Part shown: positions 20,605 to 30,568 of the stretch, piece after piece
How positions within the stretch are numbered: position 1 is the first letter of the stretch
Layout of the letters: every line of letters starts with the position of its first letter
Assembly: GCA_052168235.1 (NCBI GenBank)
Contig: JBQLZK010000062.1
Coordinates: 1-44,097, forward strand
Reading direction: 5' to 3'
Origin: Thainema sp.
Lineage (GTDB): Bacteria; Cyanobacteriota; Cyanobacteriia; Phormidesmidales; Phormidesmidaceae
DNA: 44,097 nt
The notes under the pieces: generated by a model
The model's database searches: none
Told to the model about the DNA's origin: nothing
The model's input: only the letters and a program-made list of their open reading frames with translations
Position numbers and translations under genes: made by a program

Positions 20605-21462
20605 CTACGCTGAGTGGGACGGCACGGCTACCGATGACTTCGCTGGTTTGGGATGGCTAGGGGTGAGAGTGCGACGCATCGCCTCTACAAACTGGCTAAC
20701 CCGAATTGGATCAATCGGTTGCTCAATTTGTCCTTTCCGTTTGAGTGAGCTGGACACAATGACGCCATCTGCGGCCTGAATTAGCTGAGGAATATTTTCC
20801 CAGTTGGCCCCACTGCCAATAAAGACAGGCGTACCATTGGCCGCAGCGCTAGCTAGCTCTAGATCCTCCAAACTAGGCGGACTCCCTGTCGCCCAGCCAG
20901 AGAGGATAATGCCGTCGGCTAAACCCCGTTCAATCGTTTCCTGCACAGCAGTCGTTAAATTGGGCGACCCTAGCGGTCGGGCATGTTTAACCAGCACATC
21001 GGCCAAAATTTGAACATCGCTGCCGAGTTCACGCCGATAGCGCAGCAGCTCATGAGCCTGTCCTTCAATCAAGCCTTGATCGGTAGCCATCACGCCCGTT
21101 AGGACGTTAACCCGAATGAACTGCGCCTGAATGCAAGTTGCGATCGCCATTGCACTAGCCGCATCGTTGCGTAAAACGTTAATGCCAATGGGTAAAGTCA
21201 CAAGCTGCTTGAGGTGATGCACCACTAAACTCATGGCGCTGACAACAGCTGGATCGACTCGGTCTTTGGGAAATGGAGCATCAAAGAAGTTTTCGACAAT
21301 AATGCCGTCTACTCCTCCTGAAGCTAATGCCGTAGCCTCTTGCTCGGCTCGATCAATAACGGCAGCTAAATTGCCGCCCCATCGTGGGGAAGTGGGCAAC
21401 GGCAAGAGATGAACAACACCAATAACAGGGTTTGCGGTTTTGAAAACTTTCTTTAAGTCCAC
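20605..21462 (-). CDS. btpA: Photosystem I biogenesis protein BtpA
   Basis: IGVVHLLPLPTSPRWGG, VENFFDAPF, GINVLRND and ADVLVKHA motifs. Confidence 0.95.
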   Translation of the reverse strand: MDLKKVFKTANPVIGVVHLLPLPTSPRWGGNLAAVIDRAEQEATALASGGVDGIIVENFFDAPFPKDRVDPAVVSAMSLVVHHLKQLVTLPIGINVLRNDAASAMAIATCIQAQFIRVNVLTGVMATDQGLIEGQAHELLRYRRELGSDVQILADVLVKHARPLGSPNLTTAVQETIERGLADGIILSGWATGSPPSLEDLELASAAANGTPVFIGSGANWENIPQLIQAADGVIVSSSLKRKGQIEQPIDPIRVSQFVEAMRRTLTPSHPKPAKSSVAVPSHSA

Positions 21463-21605
21463 GTGTCTATAACAACTGGGCTGAGTGCGACAAAAACGAT
21501 ATCAATACTACAGTAGACGGTGTTCTGGCAACACACAGTCCTATTCCATTACTTTAACAGTCTGCGTTCCCCTCCAGTGGTAGCGGGGGGCAAAATGGTT
21601 AACGT

Positions 21606-22796
21606 TTATTCATGTTGATTGGTCAGGTGCAATATCGAGGCGTAGGTTTCCTTCAGTTGCTGACCGACAGTTGCCCAGTTATAGCGATCGCAGCTCAGTT
21701 TCCGGCCATTGTGCCCAAGCCGATGGCGCTGGTCAACCGATTGCAGCAGCGTGGCTAAAGCCGATTGCCAAGCGGGTAATTCTCCGGGAACGACTAGGCC
21801 AGCGTTGGCAGTCTGCACATCATCGGCAATTTCCACCTCTGGCGTGATCACTACGGGTAAGCCTGCGCCCATCGCTTCCGCTACGGCAATGCCAAAGTTT
21901 TCGCCATAAGATGGCAACGCGAAGACATCTGCCCCGTAAAGTGCCATTGCCTTGTCTTCGCCTCGTAAGAAGCCCGGTAGCGTTGTGCGATCGCACAGCT
22001 CCCAGTGCTCGACCTGTGCTTTAACGTACTGAACATAATCGGCCTCACCGTCTCCGGCCAAAATGAGATGAAACGGCTGCTGGTCTTTCAGTTGATGCAG
22101 GACTTCCAGCAAGAAATCTGGACGCTTTTTGGCATGAAAGCGGGACAGGAAGAGAATAATCGGTACATCGGCAGGGATGCCATAGCGATCGCACAGCTGC
22201 TGCCGCGCATTGGCTACCGGAGGTGGGATGGTGACACCGAGCGGAATGGTGAATGTGGGAGCCTTGATGCCAAAGTGCTTGACATTTTTCGCTTCTGCCG
22301 TCGTTGTGCAGTGAATTCCCGCAGCGCGATCCAGATTGCCCTGCTCAAAAAGCGTGTTGTAAATTTGCTTCTTCGCCCGCTTTTGTTGAATTACCCAAGG
22401 GGCAAAATGGCCGTGGGGCGAAATTACATAGGGGACTTGCCGCTGTCGCGCAATCCAGCCTGAAGCGGTACAGACATAGGAAAACAGTGAGTTAATTTCA
22501 ACTAGGTCATACTCGCGAATATGCTGCCAGAGCCAGCGGCTGTGCTCCAGCGAAATAGCGAACTCGGACACCGCATGGGAGCGCGGCGAAAACCGAGGAA
22601 AAAACGTGACGGGTACTCCTTCAAATTCGATGGTTTGGTAGAGTGGCACATCCAAGAGCGTTGCCCCACTGTCGTTGGTGGTGACAATTTCCGCCGCCAC
22701 ACCGCAGTCGAGGAGCGATCGCACCGTTTCCAACACAGCCACCGTCGATCCACCCCGAATGGGGCTAACCGATGGCACAACGTGTAGTACCTTCAT
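21606..22796 (-). CDS. Glycosyltransferase family 4 (GT-B)
   Basis: LFLSRFHAKK and LPSYGENFGIAVAEAMGAGLPV. The 4-bp overlap with the upstream GT suggests translational coupling. Confidence 0.92.
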   Translation of the reverse strand: MKVLHVVPSVSPIRGGSTVAVLETVRSLLDCGVAAEIVTTNDSGATLLDVPLYQTIEFEGVPVTFFPRFSPRSHAVSEFAISLEHSRWLWQHIREYDLVEINSLFSYVCTASGWIARQRQVPYVISPHGHFAPWVIQQKRAKKQIYNTLFEQGNLDRAAGIHCTTTAEAKNVKHFGIKAPTFTIPLGVTIPPPVANARQQLCDRYGIPADVPIILFLSRFHAKKRPDFLLEVLHQLKDQQPFHLILAGDGEADYVQYVKAQVEHWELCDRTTLPGFLRGEDKAMALYGADVFALPSYGENFGIAVAEAMGAGLPVVITPEVEIADDVQTANAGLVVPGELPAWQSALATLLQSVDQRHRLGHNGRKLSCDRYNWATVGQQLKETYASILHLTNQHE

Positions 22797-24031
22797 AGAC
22801 AGTTGGGGGAGTCGATAGCATTGAGCGAATCTACGCCTGAGGCCTCATTCTTGGCGATCGCGCGATCGCAGGTTTGATCATCTGGCACATCGAATGGCGT
22901 TACCATTTCCCACTCGGCAATCACCTGTTCGTACTGTTCGACATAAGCCGCAATCATGGTTTCTGGCTGAAAGCGGTGGGCATTGGCCAGACTATCATGA
23001 ACGCGATGGGGTAAGTCAGGCAGATCAGCAACAATCTGAGCGGCAGAGGCTCTGATATCTTCTGGATCGATATAAATTGCGGCCTCACCGCCGACTTCAG
23101 TCATGGGTGCTCGATTAGAGGTAAATACAGGGCAGCCACAGGCTTGCGCTTCAATAATTGGCCAGCCAAATCCTTCTTGAAATGATGGAAAGAGCAGCGC
23201 CGTTGCACAGGTATAAATGGCCCGCAAATCCTCATTGCTGACATCGTGGGCTTCAATCACCCAGGGACGTAGTTTATACTCATCGATCCAGGCATGGATG
23301 TCTTCGGGTAGCGATTGTCCGGCAATGACCAGGTATAAGTCGTCGGGCTGACCAAGTTGCGATCGCACTTCGGCAAACATCTGGACAACCCCCATACGGT
23401 TTTTGTACCAGTGGTTGCCGCCGACATGCAGCAGGTAGCGCCCAGCAGAGGGGATCCCCAACTGGCTGATGCGATGGCGAGCTGGCGTCATGGCCATTGG
23501 CGTATAGGGGTAGTTTAAGCCCATATAAACCTGTGTAACAGCTTCCGGTGGTAGCTGACAGAGCCGCAGAAAATCCTGGCGGGTTTGCTGGGAAATACAC
23601 ACCGCTCGCTGCGCTCGATTTAATCCTTTTAGAATTAACTGTTGAAGCTGCTGTCCCGTCCAAGCTGTCTGATTCTGTGGAATTTCGCCTAGGGCCGACC
23701 GTACCGCCAAGAGGTCATGACAGGAAACCAAATGGGGCACATTCTGCAAGTAGCGTGTATACAGCGCATTGGAGTGATCACAAATATGCACCACATCCGC
23801 CCATGCGATCGCGCGGCGTAGGCTCAGGGGAAAGACTAAAAACTTGTCAATATAGCCCAGCCATTTGCCCAAACCACTAGCTGATGGCTTCAGTCGTCCA
23901 ACTACCTGTTCTGGACGAACAACCCGCACTTCATGTCCGGCTTCGGTTAACCCCGTTTCCATCAGTTGGGCAAACCGCTGCATACTCTGCTGACCATCGG
24001 TTAGGTAATTGGCAAGCAATACAACTTTCAT
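22793..24031 (-). CDS. Glycosyltransferase family 4 (MtfB/WbpX-like)
   Basis: HVGGNHWYKN and LFPSFQEGFGWPIIEAQACGCPV. ATG 24031 (MKVVLL) preferred. Confidence 0.9.
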   Translation of the reverse strand: MKVVLLANYLTDGQQSMQRFAQLMETGLTEAGHEVRVVRPEQVVGRLKPSASGLGKWLGYIDKFLVFPLSLRRAIAWADVVHICDHSNALYTRYLQNVPHLVSCHDLLAVRSALGEIPQNQTAWTGQQLQQLILKGLNRAQRAVCISQQTRQDFLRLCQLPPEAVTQVYMGLNYPYTPMAMTPARHRISQLGIPSAGRYLLHVGGNHWYKNRMGVVQMFAEVRSQLGQPDDLYLVIAGQSLPEDIHAWIDEYKLRPWVIEAHDVSNEDLRAIYTCATALLFPSFQEGFGWPIIEAQACGCPVFTSNRAPMTEVGGEAAIYIDPEDIRASAAQIVADLPDLPHRVHDSLANAHRFQPETMIAAYVEQYEQVIAEWEMVTPFDVPDDQTCDRAIAKNEASGVDSLNAIDSPNCL

Positions 24032-24997
24032 AGTTTGACGACTAGCAGCCTCATAATCGCTATTTCTATGTTGATCATTCCCACTTTCAGGCGGGTTGCA
24101 ACACTGACTTATACCCCGCAATTTTCATACTGGCGCGCTCTTGATTTGCACGTCTTTGCCTGTTGCTAGTTTCGGACGTTGCTAATTGAGTATTCAATTG
24201 AGTAACTGAAATTCGATGTAGGTATGAATGCGGCCACTGGATTTATATCTGGATTTATACGATATGGAATCTGGATTTGTATGCAGATGTGGAAGATGTA
24301 TACCCAACGCTTTACGCTCTTGGTTCTCTATACCGATGGCCATGCGGGGGTATCCGGGCACTACGCTTTCGCTTTACCGAAATTTTATCGAGCTATACAG
24401 ATTCTTTACGTTATTTTTGGGGGTTGCACAAAGATTCCATGAAGACGATCTTAGGAAGAATAGCTTCTGATAAAGGAGGTGTTGGATCACTACCACTTCT
24501 ACCCTGTGATCGTTATATTGCAGTTATATTGCAAGTAGAAAGTGTTGCTAGCTACAGAAAAAAACGTGAAGTCTCTATTTGGCAATGGCTGGTTGTAGCA
24601 ATATTCAAACTGCATGAATGTTGTATAAACTGATAGCGCTCAATGGAGCATCATGACTGAATATGACGCAGATAAAGCTTCTCTGAAGCAAGAGGTTATA
24701 CTTCTGACGTAAATCGACCGTATATCTACTGAGCTGCCTGATTGGCTGAGATATCTCAACTTGTATCGTAATCAGGTGTTCACATCGCTTTACGAGAAGG
24801 CACACAAAATGCATGCTGCTTAAAAATACATATTGATTGTATTTCGCAAACTCATCGTGCTGGCTTTGATCGTTCGATTCAATCTTTGGGGTACTGCATC
24901 TTACGTTCGTATTTTTATACCAGAAATTAGCAGCCATTCTACTGCTTCGCTTGAACTGTTTAATCACACGCATCTGTTTTGTTAGGAGAAAAGCCCC

Positions 24998-26146
24998 ATG
25001 GCTCTTGCCTACTTCCTTACTATTAACGGCAGCATTTTTAAGGCTCCCGTAGTTGACACATCAAACGCAAGTGCGTTGAATATCGAAGCTGGCTCAACTC
25101 TGGATGTTGAACCTCTAAATGCTGAACCAGGTGCTGATATTGCGATCGCAGCTGTGGATGATAGCGCGATCATGAATAGCACGGATATTACCAGCGCCAC
25201 GGATACAGATACTGCCAGCACCGATACGATTGACTCAGATCCTATCGGTGATACGGGCAGCAGCTCGGATAGTGCTACAGGTACGGATAATCAAGCTACT
25301 CGGGATGCCAAGGCAACGAGTACTGATCAGCCTCCTGCTGTCGATACCATTGATCCTGCCAGCGTTGAGACGGACAGTGCTGTTGCGCTGCCAGGTGCGA
25401 GCGATCCTGTTGTTGTTGACGTTGAGGCTGTCAGCGCAGCTACTGATGTTGGTCTAGATAGTGATAGCGCCGCAACTAGTAGCACTGAGATCGGCAGCGT
25501 TGAGATTGGCGGTGCTGGAATAAGCAGCGTTGAAGCTGTAACTGCTGATCAGGCCGAAACTAGTTTCCCGCTAGCTGTGCCGACAACCGCCGCAAGCAAC
25601 TACACCGAGGAACTGGCCTCCTTCTCGCTCATGGGGACATTGCTCTATGAGCAAGGTGCGATCGCATCTACGACCATCAATGATGTCAACGAGCAAGAAT
25701 TTGTTCTCAATGTCGGTAATCCCTTTGATGCGACACTGCAAACGGGTGAACTGAATCTGGTTAGTAATACGGCTCTCTATAGCTACTTCAACTTAGGGAC
25801 ACCCGATACTGATGTTGATCTGGTGAATTTAACGACTGCGGTTGATCCGCTTACTGGCATGGAAGAGGTCAGTATTACGTTTGACGCAACTGTCGCTGAT
25901 GCGGCTGACTACAACTTTTTCTATCCTTTCCTGGCGATGGTTCCGTACGATCTCGCTCAAACGATCGAAGTCACGGGTGGGGAGATGCTGTTATCTTTTT
26001 CGTCCGATTCCTTCTTGGTGGAAGGCTCAATCAATATTTACGGGACGGATGGCAAGACGAACTACTTGTACAGTGCTGAGCTGACTGGTTTTGCAGGATC
26101 TGAATATGTAGGCTTGGCTGAGAGTGGGCCACCTATAACCTCTTAA
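24998..26146 (+). CDS. Hypothetical hyper-acidic protein with D/S/T/A-rich N-terminal half
   Basis: 382-aa ATG ORF with AGGAG RBS and a perfect palindrome directly downstream. No family recognised. Confidence 0.8.
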   Translation: MALAYFLTINGSIFKAPVVDTSNASALNIEAGSTLDVEPLNAEPGADIAIAAVDDSAIMNSTDITSATDTDTASTDTIDSDPIGDTGSSSDSATGTDNQATRDAKATSTDQPPAVDTIDPASVETDSAVALPGASDPVVVDVEAVSAATDVGLDSDSAATSSTEIGSVEIGGAGISSVEAVTADQAETSFPLAVPTTAASNYTEELASFSLMGTLLYEQGAIASTTINDVNEQEFVLNVGNPFDATLQTGELNLVSNTALYSYFNLGTPDTDVDLVNLTTAVDPLTGMEEVSITFDATVADAADYNFFYPFLAMVPYDLAQTIEVTGGEMLLSFSSDSFLVEGSINIYGTDGKTNYLYSAELTGFAGSEYVGLAESGPPITS

Positions 26147-26181
26147 ACTGAAGCTGAGGCTTAAATCTAATCTCAAATGAC

Positions 26182-26238
26182 CTGTATAGCAACAGATGTG
26201 CCCTCCGCTAAGCGGAGGGCACATCTGTTGCTATACAG
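26182..26238. repeat. Perfect 27-bp-arm palindrome
   Basis: CTGTATAGCAACAGATGTGCCCTCCGC-TAA-GCGGAGGGCACATCTGTTGCTATACAG, between convergent genes. Confidence 0.9.
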
Positions 26239-26293
26239 CACAAACAACCATTATTTGGCGTTTAGTAGCAGATTTTGGATGAGACTACTTGTG

Positions 26294-27955
26294 TTAGTAG
26301 TTCCGCTTGAAAGAGTTTAACCACTCCCGCAGTTGTTCAGCCGCGACATCGCGACCGCCAAGGCCAAAGGACAGGGCAATCGCAACTGCGATCGCACCCA
26401 CCAATAGACCAAATGCCAAGTTGACAATATCGGTTGCCACACCCATTTGCTGCAGCGCCATCGCTGAAATTAGCGTAATAATGGCAATTCGGGCCGTTTG
26501 ACCCAGAATACGAGCCTGACGCCCACCACCACGGGTAATCAGCGAGAAGGCTAGATTCGCCAGATAAAGACCGACGCCAAAGACAATCAAACCAGCCAGA
26601 ATCCGACCTGATATGACCACAATGCCAGAAATTAGCAGCGTCAGCGCCGGAATTTCTAGGATATTGATGGCAGCCACAGCCGCAAATAGCATCACGCCGA
26701 CCCAGACAATGATGCCCACGATGTCAGACGGATTGGACGGAGTCTGCTGAGTTGCCGAAGGCGGAAAATCACCTGCGGGGGGAGCCGCTGGATCAGATAT
26801 GTAGGGATCAGTCGGTGATGGCGGTGCAGGCATTCTATCCGCCTGAGACTGTAACCCCAACCAGGTTAGTAAGTTATCAAAGCCGATGCTGGACAGCAGA
26901 GACGAAACCAAATTGGACAGGAACTTACCCACGTAGAACGCGAGGGCCAGGATTAGGATCGCTGTTGCAATCTTGGGTACGGCTTCCAGAACCTGGTTGA
27001 GCATGTCAATTGCAGGTTCAGAGACCGATTCGATACTAAGCGTATCCAGGGCAGAGATTGCCACTGGAATCAGAATCAGCACATAAACGACTGTACCAAT
27101 TAGGCCAGACAGCCGCATTTCTCCGACTTCATCGCCAATGCCCAACCGATAGCCCAGCCGATCAATCTGACTAGCTGCTAATAGGTTGGTGACGATGCCA
27201 CGCACAATGCGCGCCACAAACCAGCCAGCCACAGCAATGATAATTGCGGCAAAAATTTCCGGCAAAATGCCTAGAAACTGGTCTAGCAGATTTTCAACCG
27301 GCTGGAGTGGACCTTCCAGATCCAGCGTGCTGAGAATGGACGGTAAGAAAAAGAGGAAAACGAACCAGTATAAAACGTTGCCTAGCGTTTCGCTGAGGCT
27401 GAAACCCGTGCCGGTTGCATCCGGTGTATGTTCTGAACTGGCTAGTCGCTCATCAATATGGAGTGCTCTCAACCCACGAGTGGTAACGAGCTTGACAATG
27501 GTGGCCAGTATCCATGCGATCGCAACTAAAATCGCCGCTCCTGCCAACCGTGGCAGATAAGAAAAGACTTCGTCTAGCAGCGTATTCAGCGGTTGCGATA
27601 CCGCATCTAATCTGAGGGCCTGGAAGAAGGCCACTAAGACGAACAGCATGATCAGCCAGAACACAATGCTGCTGATCCATTTTTCAACTGGAGGAGACGT
27701 TCCTTCTCCTGCAATCCAGGTTGCTAAACGATTATCGAAATTCGTGCGATTTAAAATGCTGCGGACAATCGCACTGACAATCCAGGCAACAATAAAGCCA
27801 ACTACAAGGATGACAACCGCCTGAATCAACGGTAAATAAGGATTTAGATTAAATCCTGCGATTTGTACACCCTCCGTCTCCTGCGCAATTAGAGGAGGGA
27901 TGTCTAATAGGCCAGCCACAGGTTGTGGCAATATGCCTTGTGATGCTCCTATCAC
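26294..27955 (-). CDS. CmpX-like multi-TM protein with conserved TM-helix repeats (mechanosensitive-channel-associated family)
   Basis: Repeated YLP.L..A..I...GW.VA units, a Pro-rich loop, and C-terminal AFGLLVGAIAVAIALSFGLGGRDVA. Confidence 0.82.
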   Translation of the reverse strand: MIGASQGILPQPVAGLLDIPPLIAQETEGVQIAGFNLNPYLPLIQAVVILVVGFIVAWIVSAIVRSILNRTNFDNRLATWIAGEGTSPPVEKWISSIVFWLIMLFVLVAFFQALRLDAVSQPLNTLLDEVFSYLPRLAGAAILVAIAWILATIVKLVTTRGLRALHIDERLASSEHTPDATGTGFSLSETLGNVLYWFVFLFFLPSILSTLDLEGPLQPVENLLDQFLGILPEIFAAIIIAVAGWFVARIVRGIVTNLLAASQIDRLGYRLGIGDEVGEMRLSGLIGTVVYVLILIPVAISALDTLSIESVSEPAIDMLNQVLEAVPKIATAILILALAFYVGKFLSNLVSSLLSSIGFDNLLTWLGLQSQADRMPAPPSPTDPYISDPAAPPAGDFPPSATQQTPSNPSDIVGIIVWVGVMLFAAVAAINILEIPALTLLISGIVVISGRILAGLIVFGVGLYLANLAFSLITRGGGRQARILGQTARIAIITLISAMALQQMGVATDIVNLAFGLLVGAIAVAIALSFGLGGRDVAAEQLREWLNSFKRNY

Positions 27956-28482
27956 AGTTATTGCGACTCCTGATTTTTTTATGACGACACAAAATTGAGC
28001 CTTAAAGAATAGAGTTCAGCTTAGTAGCGCATCCGCTAATTTTCATCTTCCCTTATGAAGATTTAGGTAATTAGGACAGTTTATTTGCAGATTTCTAGAG
28101 TTAATCCACAGATTTTTTGGTAAAACACCGGACTTTATGGATTTATGGTGATGAAACCACAACTTCACTCAGTTGATTGCAACATCAAACTGACGGTTGT
28201 GAGCCCCCACTGAGTGGCAACATATCGATTTTTCGATATAGAGAGTAAAAATTAGCGTTGCCCGCTAAAACCCGGTGTTTTAATGACCTGAGCCATAAGA
28301 CGGCTAAGACTGAACCACCTTTATGTCGGCTCTTTACGAAAGATTAGCCCTCAGTCACGATGGTGGTGTTAGATTGCAATCTAACCACTTTCATGCCTAA
28401 GTGCTAAGTTCGAAACAGGTGTATGGTACACCGTCAAAGCTGATTTCCCAAGTTCAGGGCAAATTCGTCCCAAAAATTACGT

Positions 28483-28938
28483 ATGTCTCAAGTGTTCGAA
28501 CAATCCATTCAAATCCGTGCGAGTGCAACCACAGTGGAACAGTGCATTACCGATCGCGAGTTGATGCATCGCTGGCTGAATCCCGCTCTCCGCTGCGATC
28601 CGATTGGCAAATGGTCAACGGATTTGGGTAGCCGTAGTCGATTTATCATCCAAGTTCCGATCGTACAGCCTAGCTTAGAGAGCATTGTTGTTGAGCGCGA
28701 GCCGGGACTGATTGTGTGGCAATTTAAAGGTTTTTTTAACGGTTGCGATCGCTGGGAATGTCAGCCGCAGGGCAACGGGACGCTGCTGATTAATCGGTTT
28801 GAGTTTAAGATTCCGAATCCGGTTATCCAATATGGATTTAATCTGGTTGCTGCCAAGTGGACGAAGCAGGACATGCAGGCGCAACTACGACGGCTGAAGC
28901 GGGTTGCGGAAGAACAGTATATGCGGCTAGCCGTGTAG
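28483..28938 (+). CDS. SRPBCC/polyketide cyclase-like protein
   Basis: FEQSIQI.A, LMHRWLNP, VVEREPGLIVW.F and DMQAQLRRLK pattern. Ends 10 bp before cobB. Confidence 0.85.
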   Translation: MSQVFEQSIQIRASATTVEQCITDRELMHRWLNPALRCDPIGKWSTDLGSRSRFIIQVPIVQPSLESIVVEREPGLIVWQFKGFFNGCDRWECQPQGNGTLLINRFEFKIPNPVIQYGFNLVAAKWTKQDMQAQLRRLKRVAEEQYMRLAV

Positions 28939-28948
28939 TGGTGGGGCG

Positions 28949-30484
28949 ATGTCGTTAATTATTGCAGGTGAACGGAGCGGTGCAGGTAAAACCACCGTTA
29001 CCTTGGCTATCTTGGCTGCGCTGCGTCAGCGTTCGTTGCAGGATAAATTGAAGTGCGATCGCAACCAATCCACTCCTTCCATCCAGTCGTTCAAAGTGGG
29101 GCCAGATTACATTGACCCGATGTTTCACCAGGCGATCACCCAGATTCCCTGCCGCAATTTAGATCCGGTGTTAACCTCGGAAGCCTATGTGCAGCAGTGC
29201 TTTGAGCGCCATGCTCAGCAGGCCGATTATGCCCTAGTCGAAGGAGTAATGGGTCTATTTGACGGGGCTACGGGCGAAAGCGATTTTGCGAGTACGGCCC
29301 ACATTGCGCGATTGCTGAATTTGCCAATTTTGCTGGTGATTGATTGCAGTCGGCTGTCCCGATCCGTAGCTGCGATCGCGCATGGCTACCGCACGTTTGA
29401 TCCTCGGCTTCAGTTTGCTGGGTTGGTACTAAATCGGGTGGGCAGCGATCGACATTTGGATTTGCTCAAGTCGGCACTGACGGCGGTGGATTTGCCAATT
29501 CTGGGTGTGCTGCGTCGCGATGATCAGATTCAAATTCCGGATCGGCATTTGGGACTGGTGCCGACAGCGGAACTGCCTGCACTGCAGGGAATCTTGGATA
29601 AGCTGACTCACATTGGCGAAACCTGTTTTGACTGGCAGCGATTACTGCCTCTGTTGAAAGTTGAAAGATCCCCCCTAAATAAGGGGACAAAAGACACTTC
29701 CCCTGCCCCCCTTTTTAAGGGGGGTGGCGCTAGCCGGGGGGATCGTACCCGTGGCACTAGTGATAATAATCTTTCACCTGCATCATCTCAAATTCAAGCG
29801 ACTGCTCGATCCCCCCTAGCCCCCCTTGATAAGGGGGGAAAAGAATTGAGGGTGCGGATTGCAGTGGCGTGCGATCTCGCTTTTAGCTTTTACTATGCCG
29901 ATAACCTGGAAATCCTAGAACAGCTCGGCGCAGAGCTACTGTTTTGGAGTCCGCTAACGAAATCGGTGCCGGAAACAGCTCAGGGTTTATACTTTGGCGG
30001 CGGTTTCCCGGAGATGTTTGCGGCGGAGCTGAGTGACAATCAGGCGGCAATTCGCAGCGTTCAGCAAGCGATTCAGCGAGGACTGCCGACCTATGCGGAA
30101 TGCGGCGGGCTGATGTATCTCTGTCAGCATTTACAGGATTTTCAGGGACAAGCGTGGCCGATGGTGGGCGCGTTGCCGACGACGGCAGTGATGGGCAAGC
30201 GGCTCAGTTTGGGCTATCGACGAGCGACAGCGCAGCAGTCAAGTTACTTACTGGATGCGGGAGAAACGGTCTGGGGACACGAGTTTCATCGGTCGCATCT
30301 GACAGAATTGCCTGAGTTACCCATGTGGCAGTTTCAGAGCTATGATGCCGCTGATGTAATCGGCACAGAAGGCTGGAGCGTGGGCAATGTGTATGCCTCA
30401 TATCTACACCTGCACTGGGGCGAGCAGTTAGGCGTTGCGCGACGATTTGTACAGGCAGCACGTATGTCATCCGCATCACTGTAG
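28949..30484 (+). CDS. cobB: Cobyrinate a,c-diamide synthase (CobB/CbiA)
   Basis: SGAGKTT, FKVGPDYIDP, VEGVMGLFDG, RHLGLV, AFSFYY, GGGFPE, AECGGLMYL, GHEFH and ASYLHLH motifs. Confidence 0.95.
   Translation: MSLIIAGERSGAGKTTVTLAILAALRQRSLQDKLKCDRNQSTPSIQSFKVGPDYIDPMFHQAITQIPCRNLDPVLTSEAYVQQCFERHAQQADYALVEGVMGLFDGATGESDFASTAHIARLLNLPILLVIDCSRLSRSVAAIAHGYRTFDPRLQFAGLVLNRVGSDRHLDLLKSALTAVDLPILGVLRRDDQIQIPDRHLGLVPTAELPALQGILDKLTHIGETCFDWQRLLPLLKVERSPLNKGTKDTSPAPLFKGGGASRGDRTRGTSDNNLSPASSQIQATARSPLAPLDKGGKELRVRIAVACDLAFSFYYADNLEILEQLGAELLFWSPLTKSVPETAQGLYFGGGFPEMFAAELSDNQAAIRSVQQAIQRGLPTYAECGGLMYLCQHLQDFQGQAWPMVGALPTTAVMGKRLSLGYRRATAQQSSYLLDAGETVWGHEFHRSHLTELPELPMWQFQSYDAADVIGTEGWSVGNVYASYLHLHWGEQLGVARRFVQAARMSSASL
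29667..29840. repeat. GATCCCCCC/CCCCCCTT..AAGGGGGG palindromic repeats inserted in frame in cobB
   Basis: GATCCCCCCTAAATAAGGGG...CCCCCCTTTTTAAGGGGGG...GGGGGGATC at 29667-29744, and GATCCCCCCTAGCCCCCCTTGATAAGGGGGGAA at 29808-29840. They translate as SPLNKG, PAPLFKGG and SPLAPLDKGG. Confidence 0.8.
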
Positions 30485-30548
30485 GGGCGGGTTTAGCCGA
30501 AGATTGTGGTTTCCCAAATCGAAATTAATCAACAAAACCCGCCCCTAC
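30481..30548. repeat. GTAG-type REP-like element
   Basis: GTAGGGGCGGGTTT...AAACCCGCCCCTAC, a 14-bp perfect terminal inverted repeat. Confidence 0.8.
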
Positions 30549-30568
30549 GCAACGTTATTGGGTCATTC

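Noticed and set aside
24224..24973. ORFs of 72-122 aa in the GT/acidic-protein spacer
   Set aside because: Overlapping, AT-rich and without recognisable motifs or RBS. Treated as spurious, like 9166-9459 and the antisense ORFs inside called genes.
24998..25035. N-terminus MALAYFLTING resembles the first strand of Hcp
   Set aside because: No other Hcp motifs follow, and the next ~180 aa are low-complexity. Probably coincidence.
27960..28480. Cobalamin riboswitch upstream of SRPBCC-cobB
   Set aside because: Only a fragment (GCCCCCACTG) is similar. The GGGAA...GCCACTG...GGGAAG B12-box order is absent.
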